Virus record (IMG/VR): IMGVR_UViG_3300000233_000011
Coordinates: 1-50,494 of that record
Direction: 5' to 3' (one strand)
Length of the DNA stretch: 50,494 nt
From: a virus
Taxonomy: Duplodnaviria > Caudoviricetes
Part shown: positions 16,956 to 27,365 of the stretch, piece by piece
Layout of the letters: every line of letters begins with the position of its first letter
How positions within the stretch are numbered: the stretch's first letter is position 1
Translations under genes and position numbers: made by a program
Notes under the pieces: generated by a model
Database searches by the model: none
Seen by the model: only the letters and a program-made list of their open reading frames with translations
Told to the model about the DNA's origin: nothing

Positions 16956-19853
16956 ATGGCGCGCGAAGTAATCGACATTATCATCCAAGAACGAGGCTCG
17001 ACCCGTGTGGTCCAAGCCATCGACGGAGTCGGCGCCGCTGCCGACCGCACTCAGCGCCGTGTATCGCTTCTCCAGCACGGCCTGAGTGCGCTTGGCGTCG
17101 GCTTCGCCGTTCGTGAAGTCTTGCGGGCAACTGACGCTTACGCCCGCATGGAAAACCAACTCAAGATCCTGGGCTATTCGCAGGATCAAGTTGCTGGCGG
17201 CATGGAGAAGTTGTTCAACATTGCCCAGCGGGCGCGTGCTCCTTATGAGCAGATCGTTGCCCTGTATGGCAAGCTTGGACAGGCCGCCGGCGAACTTGGC
17301 AAGTCCGAAGCCGAGATGTTGCGCTTCACTGAACTCGCAGGTAAAGCCCTTGCCGTGCAAGGGGTCTCGGGCAGCGCGGCCCGCGGCGTGCTGACTCAGT
17401 TGACGCAGGCGATGGGCGAAGGGATCGTCCGTGCGCAGGAATGGAACTCGATGGTCGAGAACGCTCGACCCCTGTTGCTGGCTGCGGCCAAGGGGTTGGA
17501 CGAGGCTGGCGGCTCTGTGTTGAAACTGCGCCAGATCATGCTTGACGGCCGTCTGACCTCGACCATGTTCTTTGACGCGGTGATGAAAGGCGGCGACAGC
17601 CTGGACGAGCAATTCAATCGGTCGTCCATCACGATTGCGCAAGCCATGACGAAGGTGCAGAACGCATGGGAGCGGTTCCTCGGCGTGTCGGGGACGGCCC
17701 CTGCGATCTCGTATGTCATCGGCACTGCGCTGGGCTTTATTGCCGACAATTTCGAGGTCATTGCCACGGCTGCGATGGTCGCGGGGGTCGCGTTTGCGAC
17801 GTGGTGGGGCGTCTCTAAAATCCAGGCATTTTCTGCAATCGTGATGGGTGCAGTTCGCGCGCAAACGGCCTTGAACATTGCGCTTGGTGCGACTGGATTC
17901 TCGGCCACGATTGCAGGCGGCGCGCTAAAGTTCGTGCAGGTTGCAGTCCGCGGCTTGACCGCTGCAATCGCAGCCAACCCGCTCGGCCTGTTGCTCGTCG
18001 CAGCCATCGCCCTTGCTGGGTGGCTTTACACGCTGCGCGACTCCATGATCTCATTCGGCGGGACTGCGGCCAGCGTCGGCTCGGTCGTGCAAGTATTGTG
18101 GCAAAAGCTCGTCGCCGGGGCCAAGGCTGCATGGGATTACGTTGTCTCGTTCTTCCAATGGTTCGTTGATGCTGGGGCGTCGTTGGCCACAAGCATCGGT
18201 GAATACTTCGCAAACATCGGGGTCAGCGGCCGCGACATGGCGAACTTCCTAATTGCGGTTATTGTGTCCTTCAAAGACATGTGGGTCGGACAATTCCGCA
18301 TCTTGTATCAGGTCGCCATCGCCGTGTTCCAAGGGGTCGCAGATGCAGGTCGTGCGATCATGGACGGGCTTGGCGCAGCCATCTCGGGCGACTTTGAAGC
18401 CGCAGGCGCTGCGTTCTCGAAAGCGTTCTCGGGTGAGACCTTCAACTTTGACGGCGTGGTAGCCGAGGCCGAGGGTGTCGCGGGCAAGATCGGATCGAAC
18501 TTCGGACGTGACTTCATCGGGGAAGCAGGCGGCGCAATCCAGCGCGGCAAGCAATACATTGCCGACACGATGGAAGGGGTGATGACCGAGGCCGCGGCGT
18601 TGGACTCGATCAAGAACCAACCTGCGCAAGAGTTCGAGTTCGCTGGTGGATCGTCTGGCGGGCCGGGAGCTGGCGCAGGGGGCGCAGGCGGGGCCGCGAA
18701 GAAGACCAAGGACGAGCTGACCGGGCTGCAACAAGCGTTGAAGGACGTGGAAGAGTCGACCGTTGGAGCCTTGCAGAAGCTGCAAGACGAATACGGGGCG
18801 CTCAACGCCGCGTTGCAGGCCGGGACCATCACGCAGGCGCAGTATATGGTGAAGATGCAAGACCTTCGGGTTCGTGCAGCAGAGCTTGCGTTTGAATCCG
18901 CCAACGTCGCAAAGGCGGTGCATGACGCAAACATTGCCATCTTGCAGCTCAAGGTTGACGCAGGCACCGGAACCTTCGGTGATGCGTTCCTGTTGCAGCT
19001 GAACAAGATCACCGATGGCATCGTGAACTTCCGTGCTCGCGCTGGGACGATCTTCGGTGACTTCTTCGCGCAGGTGACCGATGGGTTCGCCAACAGCATC
19101 GGGCGGGCAATCGTCTATTCGGAAGACCTGGGTGAAGCCCTGTCCAACGTCGCCAAGGAAGCCCTTGCGTCCCTGATCTCGGGTCTCGTCAAACTTGGTA
19201 TTCAGTGGCTGCTTAACGCGGCCATCGGGAAGTCCATCGGCGTTGCTGCAACAGCTGCAACCGCAGCACAGGCGGGCGCGTCGGCCGCAATGTGGGCACC
19301 AGCCGCAGCCCTCGCGTCACTCGCAACCTCTGGTGCAAACGCTGCGGCTGCAAATGCGGGGATCGCCGGAACGATGGCGATGACCAAAACCCTCGCGGCA
19401 GCTGGTGCTGCGTTCAAAGACGGTGGGATGGTCAAGGCTCCGGGCGGGCCGCGTGACGACAAAGGGTTGGCGGCATTGTCCAACGGTGAGTTCGTTATCA
19501 ACGCAGCATCGACCCGCAAGTTTCGTCCTCTGCTTGAGGCAATCAACTCGGGTCGCAGCCTCGGCGGCGTCTTGCCAATGTATCGGGATGGCGGTGAATA
19601 CACAGGCGCCCCGCAAGCTGCAACCCCCGGCATGAACAAACAGGTTCAGAACGACGTGAACACCACCGAGCGGGCAGCACAAGCTGGCGCACGGGGTGAC
19701 GCGCCGTCTGTTGCGGTCCCTGTTACTGTGGTCAACGTGGTCGATCCTAAAGAGGCACTTAACGCCTTGCAATCGAATGACGGGTCGCGTATCATTTGGA
19801 ATCAGCTGGAAAAGAATCCCGGCAAGCTTAAACAACTCGTGGGAGCACGATAA
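16956..19853 (+). CDS. Tape measure protein
   Basis: 965 aa, Ala/Gly-rich; QL.QAMG.G..RAQEWNS, ANPLG and C-terminal F.DGG...GG..DD...LSNGEFV. Confidence 0.95.
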   Translation: MAREVIDIIIQERGSTRVVQAIDGVGAAADRTQRRVSLLQHGLSALGVGFAVREVLRATDAYARMENQLKILGYSQDQVAGGMEKLFNIAQRARAPYEQIVALYGKLGQAAGELGKSEAEMLRFTELAGKALAVQGVSGSAARGVLTQLTQAMGEGIVRAQEWNSMVENARPLLLAAAKGLDEAGGSVLKLRQIMLDGRLTSTMFFDAVMKGGDSLDEQFNRSSITIAQAMTKVQNAWERFLGVSGTAPAISYVIGTALGFIADNFEVIATAAMVAGVAFATWWGVSKIQAFSAIVMGAVRAQTALNIALGATGFSATIAGGALKFVQVAVRGLTAAIAANPLGLLLVAAIALAGWLYTLRDSMISFGGTAASVGSVVQVLWQKLVAGAKAAWDYVVSFFQWFVDAGASLATSIGEYFANIGVSGRDMANFLIAVIVSFKDMWVGQFRILYQVAIAVFQGVADAGRAIMDGLGAAISGDFEAAGAAFSKAFSGETFNFDGVVAEAEGVAGKIGSNFGRDFIGEAGGAIQRGKQYIADTMEGVMTEAAALDSIKNQPAQEFEFAGGSSGGPGAGAGGAGGAAKKTKDELTGLQQALKDVEESTVGALQKLQDEYGALNAALQAGTITQAQYMVKMQDLRVRAAELAFESANVAKAVHDANIAILQLKVDAGTGTFGDAFLLQLNKITDGIVNFRARAGTIFGDFFAQVTDGFANSIGRAIVYSEDLGEALSNVAKEALASLISGLVKLGIQWLLNAAIGKSIGVAATAATAAQAGASAAMWAPAAALASLATSGANAAAANAGIAGTMAMTKTLAAAGAAFKDGGMVKAPGGPRDDKGLAALSNGEFVINAASTRKFRPLLEAINSGRSLGGVLPMYRDGGEYTGAPQAATPGMNKQVQNDVNTTERAAQAGARGDAPSVAVPVTVVNVVDPKEALNALQSNDGSRIIWNQLEKNPGKLKQLVGAR

Positions 19854-21364
19854 TGCCATTTACCTCGGGCAGCGCAGAGACCCCCTCGATCCTGCTCGAC
19901 AGGCTCAACACGTTCTTGACCGGGAACGGCTGGACCAAGCTGCGCGGCTTGGTTGATAACGCCGTGGCATCGCCCAAAGCTGCGCGCTACTGGCGCATTA
20001 TGATGACGGAATCGCAGACTACCTCGAACGCAACGTGGGGCCTGCAACTGTTGAACCTCCGCACAACGGTTGGTGGGGCAAACGTGGCAACTGTTGCTGC
20101 CAACTTCACGATTGACCACTTGACAACTGGGTCTGCTTCACTGCTCATCAGTGGCGGGTCTGTTCGTTTTGGTGGCACGCCAATCGGTGCCTCTCGAGCG
20201 CGAAAGATTCAGTACGACTTCGGTAGCCCTGTCACGATCCGGCAGGTCTCTATGCGCGCGGCAGCGACGTTGAACGAAACCCCGCGCTCGTTTATGATCC
20301 AATGGTCCAATGACAATGAAGTCTGGACCACAATGTTTGAAGCCAACAGCATCAGCTGGACCACTAGTGAAACCAAATTGTTCACCTTTGATGATGGTTA
20401 TGTTCACGGCGGGCACATCAGTGGAACGATCCCACGGCGCTCGGGTTCTGCGGAAGATTACCCAACAGATACGAACTGGGAGACCTCGGCGTTTCGTGAG
20501 TTCGGGGAAGAATACTTTATCTGGCAAGGACCAGGTTATGATGCAGCGCGGCGCGTGTTTTTGCACATGCGTGGACATTGCAACCTCGCAAATAGTACAC
20601 ACATCCTGGAGATGAATTATTCGACCGCGTTTGATGCAGCCATCCGCTCCTGGGGTGTTCAGCCAGGACAGGCTGCAACGTCTCTTGACCACATCATGGG
20701 TTCAGGGACTGTCAACTATTGGTTCTATTTGAACTCGCACCGTCTCATCATCGTGACACAAACAGGGGCAGCAGACTATGCCTCAACCTACATCGGGTTC
20801 ATGGGTGCGTTTGCGCATCCAGATTACTACCCGTTCCCGTTGGTTATGTCGTCCACGTCCAACAGCCGTGCAACCGTGTCTAGTTCGGGAGACAACATGT
20901 TCTCGTCCATGGCTGATCCTGGGTTCGGTTGTCTCGTCGTAAAGAAGTGGGATAACGTAGATTACGCAGGGGGCAACCGCCCGCAAGACGTTACCGACAA
21001 CAGGCAGACCCAAGGCGCAAACCCGACCCTGCCCATGTTGTGGCCTGCTCATTTTGGCGGAACTGACAACAACATCCGCTGGCCAATAAATAAAGGCTGC
21101 GGAACAAGCACGTCACTCTACAGCACGCAACACCTTTTTGAGTATTTGGTTGCTACGCAGCAGGGTGATCTACCCTTGCTCCCATGCACGGTCTTTGACA
21201 AAACTCACGGAAACCTTGGTGTGCTTACAGGTGTTTTTGCCATCCCAAGTGCAGGCATTCTTTCGCCGCAACAAGTCCTGACAATCGGCGGTCAAGATTA
21301 CCGCGTGTTCCCGAACCGTTCACGGCGCAACTTTGCTTCGTGGTTTGCAATCAAGGAAGAATGA
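19853..21364 (+). CDS. Virion tail protein with discoidin/F5-8-like insert
   Basis: ARYWRI, IQYDFGSPVTI and P.SF.IQWSND...W motifs; follows the tape measure gene. Confidence 0.7.
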   Translation: MPFTSGSAETPSILLDRLNTFLTGNGWTKLRGLVDNAVASPKAARYWRIMMTESQTTSNATWGLQLLNLRTTVGGANVATVAANFTIDHLTTGSASLLISGGSVRFGGTPIGASRARKIQYDFGSPVTIRQVSMRAAATLNETPRSFMIQWSNDNEVWTTMFEANSISWTTSETKLFTFDDGYVHGGHISGTIPRRSGSAEDYPTDTNWETSAFREFGEEYFIWQGPGYDAARRVFLHMRGHCNLANSTHILEMNYSTAFDAAIRSWGVQPGQAATSLDHIMGSGTVNYWFYLNSHRLIIVTQTGAADYASTYIGFMGAFAHPDYYPFPLVMSSTSNSRATVSSSGDNMFSSMADPGFGCLVVKKWDNVDYAGGNRPQDVTDNRQTQGANPTLPMLWPAHFGGTDNNIRWPINKGCGTSTSLYSTQHLFEYLVATQQGDLPLLPCTVFDKTHGNLGVLTGVFAIPSAGILSPQQVLTIGGQDYRVFPNRSRRNFASWFAIKEE

Positions 21365-21365
21365 G

Positions 21366-22454
21366 ATGGCGTATTCAACAGGCGCAGGCAATTACATCGA
21401 CTTGATGGCTGCGGTCTTGGCGCACGCTGTCGCAGACGGTTGGACGACAACTAGTGGAACGTGGCCCATCAGCAAGGGCAACATTCGCGGGGTTGCGTGG
21501 GAAACTGCAACTCGTGCTGTGACGGATTACACGTCCGGGGTTGCCGTTGCGTTGACCGAGCGCATCATCCGTCTCGCTGTGGGCACCTCGGGCGCCAATG
21601 CACAAGCCAACGCAGCGTCTGACGCAACGTCGACCTTGATCTGCAACATGCAGAATGCCATTTCCGATTGGCATATCTTTTCAGAGTCGGGGGTAGGCAA
21701 GCCGAACTACATCCATGTTGTTACGCGCTTCTCCAACGGATTTGATCCTGAGGTCTATAATCACTTCTCGTTTGGTGAACTTGACAAGGGCGGGATGACT
21801 TACGGCGCGGTTGTGTTTGCCGCATCACATGCGCGGCGCGGTTACATCGCACTGCCAGCATCGTCTTCCACACAGCTGTCACAGGCTTACGATTACAACT
21901 GTGGCATCAACGTCAACTGGTCTGCGCACCTGTCAGGGGGGATGCGCGGCTGGCGGGCACAAAACTATGATCGTCAAGGCAGCAACCCAAATAATCTGGT
22001 GTTTATTATCGGCCCAACCAACAGTCCTGTTCCCACATCTGTCTGGATTCAGCCCGACGTTGTTGGAACCTTTCAAGATCTGGTCGATACACTGTGTCCG
22101 TCACACAACCCCAAGAACGCGGCACAAGACGTAACAGATCCAGATGCCTTGGGAATGTCCGCAGTACCAAGCCTTGTGTCTTCTCAGCCGTATTCTGGAG
22201 GCGTGACACTTGGTGCTATTCCGTTTATCCTTATGAGTGGAAACAGCCTTACGTCGCCGGCTATGTTCCTTGGAGTATTTCCTGGGGTTCGCGTTTGTTC
22301 CATGCAGGCATTTCTTGGACGTGACGAGATCACATACGGAACTGACGTCTGGAAACTTATGCCGTTGCTGAAAAAGACCCCTTATGCGCAAATGCAGGCG
22401 GGAACGATTGTAAGTAGCGGTGAACTTGGCTACGCCTACAAAAAGGTGACCTAA
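21366..22454 (+). CDS. Virion tail structural protein
   Basis: MAYSTG...GW, Y.HFSFG.L.K.G, G..I.YG...W...P and G..GYAYKK; architecture related to the upstream gene. Confidence 0.7.
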   Translation: MAYSTGAGNYIDLMAAVLAHAVADGWTTTSGTWPISKGNIRGVAWETATRAVTDYTSGVAVALTERIIRLAVGTSGANAQANAASDATSTLICNMQNAISDWHIFSESGVGKPNYIHVVTRFSNGFDPEVYNHFSFGELDKGGMTYGAVVFAASHARRGYIALPASSSTQLSQAYDYNCGINVNWSAHLSGGMRGWRAQNYDRQGSNPNNLVFIIGPTNSPVPTSVWIQPDVVGTFQDLVDTLCPSHNPKNAAQDVTDPDALGMSAVPSLVSSQPYSGGVTLGAIPFILMSGNSLTSPAMFLGVFPGVRVCSMQAFLGRDEITYGTDVWKLMPLLKKTPYAQMQAGTIVSSGELGYAYKKVT

Positions 22455-24172
22455 TGCCGCAGATCTTTACCGACCTTATGGGCGCAGCGTTCTTTACAGG
22501 AACACCCACAACACCGGAACAAACAACCTTTGACGCAGTAAACGGTGTCGAACGATTCTTTGCTGGATGGGTCGGTAATGACAATCAGGTTGCAATAGAT
22601 TTCTGGCTGTCGCTTATGGGCGCGGTGTCGGCCTTCGGCGGCGAGCCGGGAAGCAGCGGGCAAGGACGTCTACAAAAGACCCATCACAACGACTTCCACT
22701 ACCGTTTCTGGATCAACCCGACAAGTTACACTCTGCGGGACCCCGAACTCGGCGCGCTGTTCACGTTCACGGTTTGGAACACGTTCCCCAGCCCACCGCA
22801 AAACTCACTTGTGGGCATCGTCTATAACGGGATCGAAGGTGTTGACTTCTCTGTCGCGCCTGGATACGAGCTGGACACCTTCCAGCTTGACACGTGGGCA
22901 TTCTCGGTAAACGAGGATGCGCCCTCGTCCATGTCGGGGAGCGTGACGTTTGAGTTTGAAGCAGGCGACTTCTCGCTTGGTCTTATCATCGAGCGCGACA
23001 CGACGCTGCCCCTGCCACCGGACTTCCCGTGGGAAGAAACCATGCGCTGGGAAACAAACATCCTGGTGTCTGAGAACGGTAAAGAACAACGCATCAGCCT
23101 TGCTGCGACGCCCGAGGTCACACACTCGGTCTCGTTCACAACGGTTGACAACGAAGAAACAACCGAGATGGTTGGGGCTTTGTTCACGACTGCGCGCAAC
23201 GCACCTGCCGTCCCATTGTACCAATATGCAACGTCTCTGCGGGCGGCTGTGACTGTCGGGGCATCGTCCATCGAAACTAATGTCCAACGCGGAGACATTC
23301 GTGCAGGTGACGGGATTGTGATCCGAGCGCGTGGAGGCCTCAGTGAACCTGCCAAGGTGTTCTCGGTCGTGGGCGACATTGTGACGCTGACCGGACCGTT
23401 GCAGAACGCTTTCAAGAAAGGTTCATACGTCATCCCGACGAAAGAGCTCACCGTTGAACCACAACAGACGTTTGCTCGTGAGCGGGTGCAGGCCGGGACC
23501 CTTTCGTTCATCGGTCGCCCGCGTCGTCGCACCCTGCCCTTCCTGTCCGCACAGAACACCGTGACGTTGCCGACGCTCGAAGGCTATCCGATCCTTGACA
23601 AGCGGCCCCTTGGCAACGACAAACAATCCTGGATCTTTGACTCGGGTCGGCGTTTCTCGGAGTTCGGTCGAGTGATCGCTGTCAAAGACCCGTGGGGCGT
23701 GTCGCGTGTGGAGATGCCAATCTCGTTCAACATTGACTCATTCTTCAACCCGCAGGGGCTGGCATTCTGGCGCACGTTCCTTGACCACTGCCGTGGTGCA
23801 ACGAAAGCATTCTTGTTGCCCACATTCAGGCAGGACCTTGCGATTGCCGAGACCCCGACCGAGGGCGGCGGTATGATCGTGGTTCACGGGAACGCAGTGA
23901 ATAACACTTACATCAACACCGGGCAACTCAAGGGGCTTCGCCTCGTCACGCAGGCCGGGGTCCATTATGTCTGGATCACTTCGACTGACGTGGTGGACGA
24001 AACAAAAGAGACTATCGCGTTCAGTCCGTCCTTGCCACTGGGTCTCGAATGGACTAACGTGTTGGAGATCGGGCTTGTGTTCCTGGCGCGCCTCAAAACG
24101 GACGAGGTGATCCTGCGTCACTACCCGCAGCAGACAATCTTGTCAACCTCGGTTAGGACGACACAAGCATGA
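22454..24172 (+). CDS. Tail/baseplate protein (distal-tail-like)
   Basis: PP..PW.E..RW.T.IL.S.NG.EQRI.L and RG....F.LPT motifs. Confidence 0.7.
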   Translation: MPQIFTDLMGAAFFTGTPTTPEQTTFDAVNGVERFFAGWVGNDNQVAIDFWLSLMGAVSAFGGEPGSSGQGRLQKTHHNDFHYRFWINPTSYTLRDPELGALFTFTVWNTFPSPPQNSLVGIVYNGIEGVDFSVAPGYELDTFQLDTWAFSVNEDAPSSMSGSVTFEFEAGDFSLGLIIERDTTLPLPPDFPWEETMRWETNILVSENGKEQRISLAATPEVTHSVSFTTVDNEETTEMVGALFTTARNAPAVPLYQYATSLRAAVTVGASSIETNVQRGDIRAGDGIVIRARGGLSEPAKVFSVVGDIVTLTGPLQNAFKKGSYVIPTKELTVEPQQTFARERVQAGTLSFIGRPRRRTLPFLSAQNTVTLPTLEGYPILDKRPLGNDKQSWIFDSGRRFSEFGRVIAVKDPWGVSRVEMPISFNIDSFFNPQGLAFWRTFLDHCRGATKAFLLPTFRQDLAIAETPTEGGGMIVVHGNAVNNTYINTGQLKGLRLVTQAGVHYVWITSTDVVDETKETIAFSPSLPLGLEWTNVLEIGLVFLARLKTDEVILRHYPQQTILSTSVRTTQA

Positions 24173-24984
24173 CTTATGCAGAACGGGAACAGGGTGTGCA
24201 GACTGGGGCTCCGTTGGAGCTCTACGAGTTTCGCGCGCCGGGGTATCTTCCCTTTCGTTACACGTCAGCGGCGCATGACGTGACCCGCTTGGGACAAACC
24301 TACATCGCAAAGCCGATGGATCGTTCCAACCTCAAGATCGCAACGCAAGACACCGACGATCACTACCTTGAGATCTCGATGCCTGCAAGTGACCCTTACA
24401 TCAGGACCTTTGGTGTGCAGATCGCGCTCATCGGCCTTGAAGTGATGATCTACCGTTACCATGACGGGGACGACCCTGCAACAGCCATTGCCATGTGGCT
24501 CGGCCCGGTCACGGCCATCACCCTTGATGGCGACAACGCAAAGGTTCGCACGTCCTCGATCTTCGGGTCGATCTTGTCGGGCAACCTGCCGAGCGTCTAC
24601 TTTCAGGCACCGTGCAACTGGACGTTGTTTGATGAACAGTGCGGCGTCAACCGTGACTTGTGGTCTTTCACCGCGACTGTTGTCCAGGTCACAGAGAACA
24701 CCGTCGAACTCGATGCGTGGGCTCCAGCGTTCAACTTGATCTCGTTCCTGGGCGGCGAACTCGTGCTGCCCCGAAACGGTGAGCGGCGCGCGATCACTCT
24801 GCGGACCGGGAACGATGTTGTGGTCAACTTCCCGTTCGCAGACATCCAGATCGGGGACGAAGTGCGCTTGTCAGCGGGATGCAACCATTCGTTTGACAAC
24901 TGCAAGAACAAGTTCGGAAATGCCGTCAACTATGGCGGCTGCAAACAGATCCCTTGGATCAACATTTTCATGGATGGTATCTGA
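24169..24984 (+). CDS. Baseplate hub, DUF2163/BR0599 family
   Basis: P.ELY.F, C.W.LFD.QCGV and C-terminal GC.HSF..C.NKF.N..NYGG...IP. Confidence 0.85.
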   Translation: MTYAEREQGVQTGAPLELYEFRAPGYLPFRYTSAAHDVTRLGQTYIAKPMDRSNLKIATQDTDDHYLEISMPASDPYIRTFGVQIALIGLEVMIYRYHDGDDPATAIAMWLGPVTAITLDGDNAKVRTSSIFGSILSGNLPSVYFQAPCNWTLFDEQCGVNRDLWSFTATVVQVTENTVELDAWAPAFNLISFLGGELVLPRNGERRAITLRTGNDVVVNFPFADIQIGDEVRLSAGCNHSFDNCKNKFGNAVNYGGCKQIPWINIFMDGI

Positions 24985-27365
24985 TGCCGTGGTTCCTCTT
25001 TGCCCTTGTCGGCGTGCTGGCTGTCGCGGCGCTCATCGCCCTGATGCCGAAACCCAAGATCGAGAATGCCCGGTCGTCGGAACTCGGTGACTTCCAATTC
25101 CCGCGATCCGAGGAAGGCGACCCGTGGCCCTTGATCTACGGCAAGGTCAAGATCAAAGGTCCGAACACCCTTTGGTATGGGGACTTCTCGGCAAAACCTA
25201 TTGTCGTCCGTGGTCCTCGCCGTTACGGCCTCTTCGGCCCTCGGTCGAGCACGATCACAGGCTACCGATATTTCATCGGGATGGACCTCGGCCTGTGTCT
25301 CGGGCCGGGCGTCGCCCTGCGGCGCATATGGGCAGGGTCTGACGAAGCGTGGTCCGGCAACGTATCAGGAGACGGGGAATCGTTCTCGATCAGCAAGCGC
25401 AACCTTTACGGTAACAACAACGCGGGCGGTGGTATCTCGGGAACGTGTCGTTTCTATCCTGGCACCAATCGTCAAGCGGTTGACAGCTATGTGGCTTCCC
25501 ACACGGACGGCGCAGACACCACGCGCTATCCGATGATGTGCCACATTGTGTTCCAGTCCTTCTATGTCGGGACCTCGACCGCGATCAAACCGTTCTTCTT
25601 CGAGCTGGAACGCTACCCGAACACCCTTGGCATCCCGGACGGGAAGCATCGCGTCGGTGACGATTGCAACCTGGTCGAGATTCTGTATGACCTGCTGACC
25701 AACCGTTTCGCTCGTCGCGGGACCCCACCATCGAAGATCAACCTGACCAACTGGCGCACGATTGCCGTGCAGCTTGCGGATGAAGGCAATGTTGGTTCGT
25801 TCCGCATCGAGTCCAGCAACACGGGCAAGGACGTTGTCCAAGAGATCCTGCGGCAGATGGACGCGATCATGTATACCGACCCTGCAACGGGTCTGATCGA
25901 ACTGCGCCTGATCCGCAACGACTACGACCGGAACACGTTGCCGCACTACAACGAAGATGAGATCATCAAGGTTCGCAATTACTCCAAACCGTCTTGGGAA
26001 GAGACCGTCAACCAGCTTCGTGTCAAGTTCGTTGACCGGACAGCCGACTACACGTCGCGGACGGTGATGGATCAGGACATGGCCAACATCAACACGCAGC
26101 AACAGGTTCGTGCGACTGAGATGGAGTTTACGGCCTGCTACAGCGGGGCGTTGGCTCAAGCCCTCTGCGGGCGCGAACTGTCCCTGATCTCCGTTCCGTT
26201 CACCAAGGCTGAACTTGAGTTCACGCGCGAAGTTAACCAAATGCGTCCGGGCGACGTGTTCCGTTATTCGTATGCCGAGTATGGGATCGTGGACGAGGTT
26301 GTCCGCATCCAAGGCTTTGATCTCGGAACGCTCGAAGAAGGCACGATCACCGCAATCGTTGTCCAGGATCGTTTTGTGTATGGCGACTCCTCGGCCATCG
26401 TTCCGCCGTCGAATGTGTGGACACCGCCTACGTTCCCGCCTGCCGACAGTGGCGCGCTGCTTGTCACCCGTGCCCCGTTGTGGTTCAACCTGCAACTGCA
26501 AGACCCGGACGTCAACAACGCATACCTGCTGTTCTTCGCGGAGCGCCCTGCGTCGGCCTGGACTTATGCCTACCGTCTGTCAACAGGCGGGGCCGTCATC
26601 GAAGAAAACAAACCGTTCTCGACTGTCGGGGTCTTGGGCGTCTCGATGCCTGCAACCGCCACGACCATCGGATCGCTTGCCCTCAGCACGATGCCCAGCG
26701 GCCTTGTCACCAAGACAGACACAGACATTCGCAACGGGATGAACCTGGCCCTTATCGGGACCGAGTTCGTTGGCTTCCGTTCACAGTCGGGATCGAACCT
26801 GACCACAGTGTATCGGGGGCTGTTCGGGTCTACTCCTGTGTCGCACTCGTCGGGCGATGAGATTCACTTCCTCGGTGAAGGGGGCGAGATCGAATCCCTG
26901 CTTGAGACAGCATTCCTTGCGGGCCAATCTTACACGTTCACCGTGACAACGCAAACGATCTTCGGCTTCCTGAACTCGGCAGATCAAACGATCACCTACA
27001 CCCCGCCGACGATCACCAACAAGCCGCGCGAACCCTTTACCCTGCTCATCAACGGGGTTGCAACCGCAGAGACAAACGTCCCCACCGCGTCGTCCATGAC
27101 CCTCGGGTTCAGCTCGTCAGATCGTCTCGACAAATACATCCTGCTGCCCGGCGACACAGTGCCCCCTGCCCCGTTTGGGACAACGTATCGCGCAAGAATC
27201 ATCCGGGCATCGGACTCGGCCATCGTGTTCGATCAGACATGGTCCGACACCTCGACCCGCACAATCACAGCCCCCGCGACCCTCGGCGTCTACACCTTTG
27301 AGATGCGGGCAAGCCTCGGCGGGATCGAGTCGAACCTGACCACCCTTTCGTTCAATATCGTTTAA
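24984..27365 (+). CDS. Tail tip / central tail protein (phage tail_3/J-like)
   Basis: Hydrophobic N-terminus, P.IYG.V, GY.Y..G..LGLC.G and RPGDV; last gene of the tail module. Confidence 0.8.
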   Translation: MPWFLFALVGVLAVAALIALMPKPKIENARSSELGDFQFPRSEEGDPWPLIYGKVKIKGPNTLWYGDFSAKPIVVRGPRRYGLFGPRSSTITGYRYFIGMDLGLCLGPGVALRRIWAGSDEAWSGNVSGDGESFSISKRNLYGNNNAGGGISGTCRFYPGTNRQAVDSYVASHTDGADTTRYPMMCHIVFQSFYVGTSTAIKPFFFELERYPNTLGIPDGKHRVGDDCNLVEILYDLLTNRFARRGTPPSKINLTNWRTIAVQLADEGNVGSFRIESSNTGKDVVQEILRQMDAIMYTDPATGLIELRLIRNDYDRNTLPHYNEDEIIKVRNYSKPSWEETVNQLRVKFVDRTADYTSRTVMDQDMANINTQQQVRATEMEFTACYSGALAQALCGRELSLISVPFTKAELEFTREVNQMRPGDVFRYSYAEYGIVDEVVRIQGFDLGTLEEGTITAIVVQDRFVYGDSSAIVPPSNVWTPPTFPPADSGALLVTRAPLWFNLQLQDPDVNNAYLLFFAERPASAWTYAYRLSTGGAVIEENKPFSTVGVLGVSMPATATTIGSLALSTMPSGLVTKTDTDIRNGMNLALIGTEFVGFRSQSGSNLTTVYRGLFGSTPVSHSSGDEIHFLGEGGEIESLLETAFLAGQSYTFTVTTQTIFGFLNSADQTITYTPPTITNKPREPFTLLINGVATAETNVPTASSMTLGFSSSDRLDKYILLPGDTVPPAPFGTTYRARIIRASDSAIVFDQTWSDTSTRTITAPATLGVYTFEMRASLGGIESNLTTLSFNIV

